In this document: positions 59,018 to 64,000 of the stretch, piece after piece
How the letters are laid out: each line of letters begins with the position of its first letter
How positions within the stretch are numbered: position 1 is the stretch's first letter
Assembly: GCA_946643435.1 (NCBI GenBank)
Contig: CAMPCD010000003.1
Coordinates: forward strand, 14,866 to 78,865
From: an uncultured bacterium
GTDB lineage: Bacteria; Bacillota_I; Bacilli_A; RF39; UBA660
Direction: 5' to 3'
Length of the DNA stretch: 64,000 nt
Notes under the pieces: model-generated
Database searches by the model: none
What the model saw: only the letters and a program-made list of their open reading frames with translations
Told to the model about the DNA's origin: nothing
Program-made: the position numbers and the translations under genes

Positions 59018-59845
59018 ATGAATGGATTAATAATTGTAGATAAAGATAAGAATATGACATCATTTGATGTATGTCATCAATTAATGAAAATATTTAATAC
59101 CAAGAAAATAGGTCATACTGGAACACTTGATCCTATTGCTACAGGTGTACTAGTTTGCACTATTGGTAAATATACTAAATTAAATGATGTAATAACATCT
59201 ACTTATAAAGAATATATAGCTGAGATGGTATTAGGTGAACAAAAGGATACATATGATATAGAAGGTATAACTATTAATTCATCTGATAAAGAAGTATCAA
59301 AAGAAGAAATTATTAAAGTTATTAATTCTTATCAAAAGAAATATGAACAAGAAGTACCTATATATTCATCAGTTAAAGTAAATGGTATGAAACTATATCA
59401 ATATGCAAGACAAGGTTTTAATGTAGAATTACCTAAAAGAGAAGTTGATATTAAAGAAATAGAAGTCCTTGATATAAATGATAAGACTATTAAGTTTAGA
59501 GCATTAGTATCAAAAGGAACATACATTAGAAGTTTAATTAATGATATAGGTAAGACATTAGGTACATATGCATATATGATTAATCTAAGAAGAACTAAAC
59601 AAGGTCAATTTGATATTAAAGATTCATATACATTAGAAGATATTAAAAATAATAACTATAAATTATTAGATTTAGAAGATGTATTTGAATTAGATATTAT
59701 AGATACTGATGATAATTTATATAAACAAGTTAATTCAGGTGTAAAACAAGAATATAATAAAGAATATACATTGTATAAATATAATGGTAAAAATATAGCT
59801 TTATACCGCAATGGAACAATGTTTATTTATTTAAATGAAAGATAA
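59018..59845 (+). CDS. truB: tRNA pseudouridine(55) synthase
   Basis: GLIIVDKDKNMTSFDV, catalytic Asp block GHTGTLDPIATGVL. Confidence 0.93.
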   Translation: MNGLIIVDKDKNMTSFDVCHQLMKIFNTKKIGHTGTLDPIATGVLVCTIGKYTKLNDVITSTYKEYIAEMVLGEQKDTYDIEGITINSSDKEVSKEEIIKVINSYQKKYEQEVPIYSSVKVNGMKLYQYARQGFNVELPKREVDIKEIEVLDINDKTIKFRALVSKGTYIRSLINDIGKTLGTYAYMINLRRTKQGQFDIKDSYTLEDIKNNNYKLLDLEDVFELDIIDTDDNLYKQVNSGVKQEYNKEYTLYKYNGKNIALYRNGTMFIYLNER

Positions 59846-59867
59846 AAGTCAACTTTTATCTTTTTTT
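59841..59867 (+). terminator. Intrinsic terminator after truB
   Basis: GATAAAAG/CTTTTATC stem spanning the stop codon, followed by TTTTTTT. Confidence 0.7.
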
Positions 59868-59913
59868 GTACTACAAGTAAATAAATCATGTTATACTAAA
59901 GGAGTATGAAAGG

Positions 59914-62550
59914 ATGATAGAATTGACAAAGTATGTATATTTATTTACTGAAGGTAATGCAAATATGCGTGAACTTTTAGGTGGTAAAGGTGCTAACCTT
60001 GCCGAAATGACTAATATTGGTTTACCTGTTCCTCAAGGTTTTACAATAACTACAGAAGCATGTACTCAATATTATGAAGATGGTAGAGAAATAAATGAAG
60101 AAATTCAATCTCAAATCAATGAATACATCGTTAAGATGGAAGAAATTACTGGTAAGAAATTTGGAGATAAAGAAAATCCATTATTAGTATCAGTAAGAAG
60201 TGGTGCTAGAGCTTCAATGCCTGGTATGATGGATACAATTCTAAATTTAGGTTTAAATGAAGAAGTTGTTGAAGTATTAGCTGAAAAATCTAATAACCCT
60301 AGATGGGCTTGGGATTGTTATAGAAGATTCATTCAAATGTATTCTGACGTAGTAATGGAAGTTGGAAAGAAATATTTTGAAGAATTAATAGATAAGATGA
60401 AAGAAGCTAAGGGAGTTAAACAAGATGTTGAATTAACTGCTGAAGACTTAAAAGAATTAGCTAGACAATTTAAAGAAGAATATAAATCTAAGATTGGTAC
60501 TGATTTCCCAACAGATCCAAAAGAACAATTAATGGGAGCTGTTAAAGCTGTATTTAGATCATGGGATAATCCAAGAGCTAATGTATATAGAAGAGATAAT
60601 GATATTCCTTATTCATGGGGAACTGCTGTAAATGTTCAATCAATGGCATTTGGTAACATGGGTGATGACTGTGGTACAGGTGTTGCATTTACTAGAGATC
60701 CAGCCACTGGTGAAAAAGGGTTATTTGGTGAATTCTTAACTAATGCACAAGGTGAAGATGTTGTTGCAGGTGTAAGAACTCCAATGAAGATTGCTGAGAT
60801 GGAAGAAAAATTCCCTGAAGCATTTGAACAATTTAAAGAAGTATGTAAGACACTTGAATCTCATTATAGAGATATGCAAGATATGGAATTTACTGTAGAA
60901 CATGGTAAATTATATATGTTACAAACTAGAAATGGTAAGAGAACTGCTCAAGCTGCATTAAAGATTGCTTGTGATTTAGTTGATGAAGGAATGCGTACTG
61001 AAGAAGAAGCTGTTCTTATGATTGATCCAAGAAACTTAGATACATTATTACATCCACAATTTGATGCTAAAGCATTAAAAGAAACTGAACCAATTGGTAA
61101 AGGTTTAGGAGCTTCTCCTGGTGCTGCATGTGGACAAATAGTATTTACTGCAGATGATGCAGAAAAATGGGCTGCTAATAAGAAAAAAGTTGTTCTTGTT
61201 AGACTTGAAACTTCACCAGAAGATATTACTGGTATGAAAGTTGCTCAAGGTATCTTAACTGTTCGTGGTGGTATGACTTCTCATGCTGCAGTTGTTGCAA
61301 GAGGTATGGGTACTTGTTGTGTATCAGGATGTGGAGATATTATCATGGATGAAGCTAATAAATGCTTCACATTAGCTGGTAAAACATTCCATGAAGGAGA
61401 TGTAATCTCAATTGATGGTTCAACTGGTAATATCTATGATGGAGAAATTAAAACAGTTGATGCTACAATTGCTGGTGAATTTGGTAGAGTTATGGAATGG
61501 GCTGATAAGTTCAGAACATTACGTGTTAGAACTAATGCTGATACTCCTAAAGATACAGCTAAAGCTATTGAATTAGGTGCTGAAGGTATTGGTTTATGTA
61601 GAACAGAGCATATGTTCTTTGATGAAGAAAGAATCTTTAACTTAAGAAGAATGATCTTATCTGAAACTCAAGAAGATAGAGAAAAATACTTAGACTTACT
61701 TATCCCTTATCAAAAAGGTGATTTCAAAGCTATGTATAAGGAATTAAAAGGATTACCAATGACAGTTCGTTATATTGATCCTCCTCTACATGAATTCGTG
61801 CCTAAAACTGATGCTGAAATGAAAGCGTTAGCTGAAGCTATGGGTATGACTGTAGAACATATTAAAGAAGTATGTGATGAATTACATGAATTCAACCCAA
61901 TGATGGGTCATAGAGGATGTAGATTAGCTGTTACTTATCCAGAAATTGCACGCATGCAAACTAGAGCTTTAATGGAAGCTGCTATTGAAGTAAAAGAAGA
62001 AGATGGATACGATATTGTTCCAGAAATAATGATTCCATTAGTTGGAGAAAAGAAAGAATTAGACTTCGTTAAGAATATAGTTGTAGAAACTGCTGAAGAA
62101 GTTAAGAAAGAAAAGAATTCTGATATGGAATACCATATTGGTACAATGATTGAAATTCCTAGAGCTGCATTATTAGCTGATGAAATAGCTGAATCTGCTG
62201 AGTTCTTCTCATTTGGTACAAATGACTTAACTCAAATGACATTTGGTTTCTCTAGAGATGATGCTGGTAAGTTCTTAGGTTCTTACTATGAAAATAAAAT
62301 ATATGAACAAGATCCATTTGCTAAATTAGATCAACATGGTGTTGGTAAATTAGTTAAGATGGCTGTTGAATTAGGTAAAAAGACTAGACCTAATATTAAG
62401 TTAGGTATCTGTGGAGAACATGGTGGAGATCCTCAATCAGTTGAATTCTGCCATAACATAGGATTAACTTATGTATCATGTTCACCATTCAGAGTTCCTA
62501 TTGCTAGATTAGCTGCTGCACAAGCTGCTATCAAGTCCCACCAAAAATAG
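59914..62550 (+). CDS. ppdK: Pyruvate, phosphate dikinase
   Basis: GGKGANLAEM, phospho-His loop GGMTSHAAVVARG, PEP-utilising C-terminal domain with GICGEHGGDP. Confidence 0.97.
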   Translation: MIELTKYVYLFTEGNANMRELLGGKGANLAEMTNIGLPVPQGFTITTEACTQYYEDGREINEEIQSQINEYIVKMEEITGKKFGDKENPLLVSVRSGARASMPGMMDTILNLGLNEEVVEVLAEKSNNPRWAWDCYRRFIQMYSDVVMEVGKKYFEELIDKMKEAKGVKQDVELTAEDLKELARQFKEEYKSKIGTDFPTDPKEQLMGAVKAVFRSWDNPRANVYRRDNDIPYSWGTAVNVQSMAFGNMGDDCGTGVAFTRDPATGEKGLFGEFLTNAQGEDVVAGVRTPMKIAEMEEKFPEAFEQFKEVCKTLESHYRDMQDMEFTVEHGKLYMLQTRNGKRTAQAALKIACDLVDEGMRTEEEAVLMIDPRNLDTLLHPQFDAKALKETEPIGKGLGASPGAACGQIVFTADDAEKWAANKKKVVLVRLETSPEDITGMKVAQGILTVRGGMTSHAAVVARGMGTCCVSGCGDIIMDEANKCFTLAGKTFHEGDVISIDGSTGNIYDGEIKTVDATIAGEFGRVMEWADKFRTLRVRTNADTPKDTAKAIELGAEGIGLCRTEHMFFDEERIFNLRRMILSETQEDREKYLDLLIPYQKGDFKAMYKELKGLPMTVRYIDPPLHEFVPKTDAEMKALAEAMGMTVEHIKEVCDELHEFNPMMGHRGCRLAVTYPEIARMQTRALMEAAIEVKEEDGYDIVPEIMIPLVGEKKELDFVKNIVVETAEEVKKEKNSDMEYHIGTMIEIPRAALLADEIAESAEFFSFGTNDLTQMTFGFSRDDAGKFLGSYYENKIYEQDPFAKLDQHGVGKLVKMAVELGKKTRPNIKLGICGEHGGDPQSVEFCHNIGLTYVSCSPFRVPIARLAAAQAAIKSHQK

Positions 62551-62582
62551 AGTGAGAGCACACTCCAATAAATAAAAAATTA

Positions 62583-62605
62583 AAGAGTCGAAAGACTCTT
62601 TTTTC
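62583..62605 (+). terminator. Intrinsic terminator after ppdK
   Basis: AAGAGTC-GAAA-GACTCTT hairpin followed by TTTT. Confidence 0.75.
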
Positions 62606-62772
62606 GTTGGAATAAAAGGAAAAAACGGAGGCGATTAATATATATATAGAATAAAAATTAGTTGGGTGGTGTGATACTAAAATATTATAATTTTTATCAA
62701 AAAAGTAGCATGAAGGTTAGGGCTACTTTTTTTGTTGGGGGAAAAATTAAAACAGAAATGGAGGTAGAAAAT

Positions 62773-63243
62773 ATGTTTTATATCAAACCCAGTTTAAAAA
62801 ATATGTCTCAAGGAGCCAGACTTGAGTACATTAGAGAAGTCAGACATATGACTAAAGAAGATGTGGCAGCTTATTTTGGATTTGGAGGTAGAGAACCAAA
62901 TAAAACTATTCGTGAGTATGAAAATAATACCACTAGTCCAAGTCAAAGCAGATTAGAGGAATTAGCAGAACTATTTGAAGTAAGTGTCGATGCAATTAGA
63001 AAATATGATTTCACTAATCCAATAGATGAAATCTATTATCAAATGTGGTTGGAAGAAGAGTTTCCATATTATCAATTTAATATTGAGATGGATACTTTTT
63101 CTGGTAAACCATATAACATGAATGTTTATAATGGAATTCAAGAGTGGAAGAAAATGAGAGAAAGAAGAGAAAACTATGATATATCAGATGATGAATATTT
63201 AGAATGGAAGTTAAATTTTAAGATAGTGAAACAAACGATATAA
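62773..63243 (+). CDS. XRE-family helix-turn-helix regulator with C-terminal extension
   Basis: ATG at 62773 after GGAGGT. HTH core LEYIREVRHMTKEDVAAYFG..IREYENNTTSPSQSRLEELAELFEVSVDAI. The track start at 62662 runs through a terminator-like hairpin. Confidence 0.7.
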   Translation: MFYIKPSLKNMSQGARLEYIREVRHMTKEDVAAYFGFGGREPNKTIREYENNTTSPSQSRLEELAELFEVSVDAIRKYDFTNPIDEIYYQMWLEEEFPYYQFNIEMDTFSGKPYNMNVYNGIQEWKKMRERRENYDISDDEYLEWKLNFKIVKQTI

Positions 63244-63287
63244 CGCTCAAAATGTATGATATAATCTTATTAGATGGAGTGATTAAT

Positions 63288-64000
63288 ATGGGTAAAATCA
63301 ATTCAAAAGATTATGTAGTCTTAGATGTTGAAACAAACGGTTTATCATCATTGAAACATGATCTTTTATCTATATCTATTTATAAACCAGATGATAATAA
63401 AACTTACGATAGATTTTTACCTCTTGAATTAAATGATTTTGTAGAAACCTATTGGATAAACGGTATAGATGAGAATATGTTAGCAGATAAAACACCTTTG
63501 ACTCAAGAAGAATTTGATGAGGTAGTTAATGATTTTGAACTTGATAGAAGAACCATATTAACTTATGGAAGTATTGATGAAAAATTTATAAAGAATTATT
63601 TAAAAAGAAAAAAGATTGATGGATTTGAAAAATTAAATTTTTATAATTTTAAGCATGATATTATTTCAAGTAAATTTTCAGAAGGAAATATTACAAAAGA
63701 TAATTTATGCAATATATATGGTATTGATGGTACGAGAGAAGTTCATAGTGGCTTGAATGATTGTATTTTGGAATGGAAACTGTTTGAAAAGATGAATGGT
63801 AACAAATTAATAATCATTTCAAATACTGTAAATGAATTTAATGATGAATACATGATTCCAGCTAGTTATTTACAAACATATCCTAATTTCAAATATAGTA
63901 TAAAGAATTATCCAAAGATTAATTACGAACTAATACCTGTTAAATCATTTAATATAAAATCAAAAGAATTAGAAAAATTTGATACAAATATTAGTGGTAT
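63288..64000 (+). CDS. DEDDh (DnaQ-like) 3'-5' exonuclease domain protein, 3' end beyond window
   Basis: Hand-translated open frame from ATG 63288 (SD GGAG) to the window end. Exo I VLDVETNGL, Exo II TYGSIDEKF, Exo III HSGLNDC. Extra domain continues past 64000. Confidence 0.65.
   Translation, partial: MGKINSKDYVVLDVETNGLSSLKHDLLSISIYKPDDNKTYDRFLPLELNDFVETYWINGIDENMLADKTPLTQEEFDEVVNDFELDRRTILTYGSIDEKFIKNYLKRKKIDGFEKLNFYNFKHDIISSKFSEGNITKDNLCNIYGIDGTREVHSGLNDCILEWKLFEKMNGNKLIIISNTVNEFNDEYMIPASYLQTYPNFKYSIKNYPKINYELIPVKSFNIKSKELEKFDTNISG

Noticed and set aside
1-64000. Mollicutes-type genetic code (TGA = Trp), CRISPR arrays, IS elements, prophage or integrase genes, and rRNA operons
   Set aside because: Conserved genes read full-length with the standard code, and cell-wall genes (murT, murJ, LCP, ftsZ) are present. 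No spaced direct-repeat arrays, transposase, integrase or phage structural motifs, or rRNA-like sequence were seen on either strand.

Overview
Very AT-rich Bacillota (Firmicutes)-type chromosomal segment, readable with the standard bacterial code. It holds about 75 genes, nearly all on the + strand. The backbone is conserved housekeeping synteny: lon (3' part), murT-gatD (minus strand), ftsA-ftsZ, an LCP ligase, T-box-regulated valS and metG, RNase J, dnaB(DnaD-like)-dnaI, murJ-trmB, rpoZ, L20-leader-infC-rpmI-rplT, rpsP-KH, miaA, mnmA, dnaG-rpoD-trmK, tRNA-Arg(UCU), fmt, rimP-nusA-ylxR-infB-rbfA, truB and ppdK. Between these sit accessory envelope/surface modules with no clear annotation. (i) An orphan operon of three oversized prepilin-type proteins (1035-3911). 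(ii) A compact Tad/Flp-like module (23817-27933): two TadE/G-like paralogues, a Cys-rich Flp-like pilin, a TadZ/CpaE-like protein with a degenerate P-loop, and a strongly promoted two-TM Cys-tailed membrane protein. No secretion ATPase, platform protein or prepilin peptidase is present in the window. (iii) A dockerin-bearing papain-like protease next to a membrane-anchored cadherin-like protein (46226-49255). Other points worth follow-up: a ~215-nt promoter-to-terminator unit with six periodically spaced CAACAG-type motifs (candidate novel sRNA, 17545-17760); a GatD lacking the catalytic Cys and His; an RNase J with degenerate metal-binding motifs; ribosomal protein L20 fused to a Rho_N/HeH-like tail; a RimP reduced to its N-terminal domain; and an XRE regulator plus DEDDh exonuclease gene at the right edge. 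No CRISPR array, transposase, integrase or rRNA gene was seen. All calls come from reading motifs in the supplied translations and the DNA; no database search was run.
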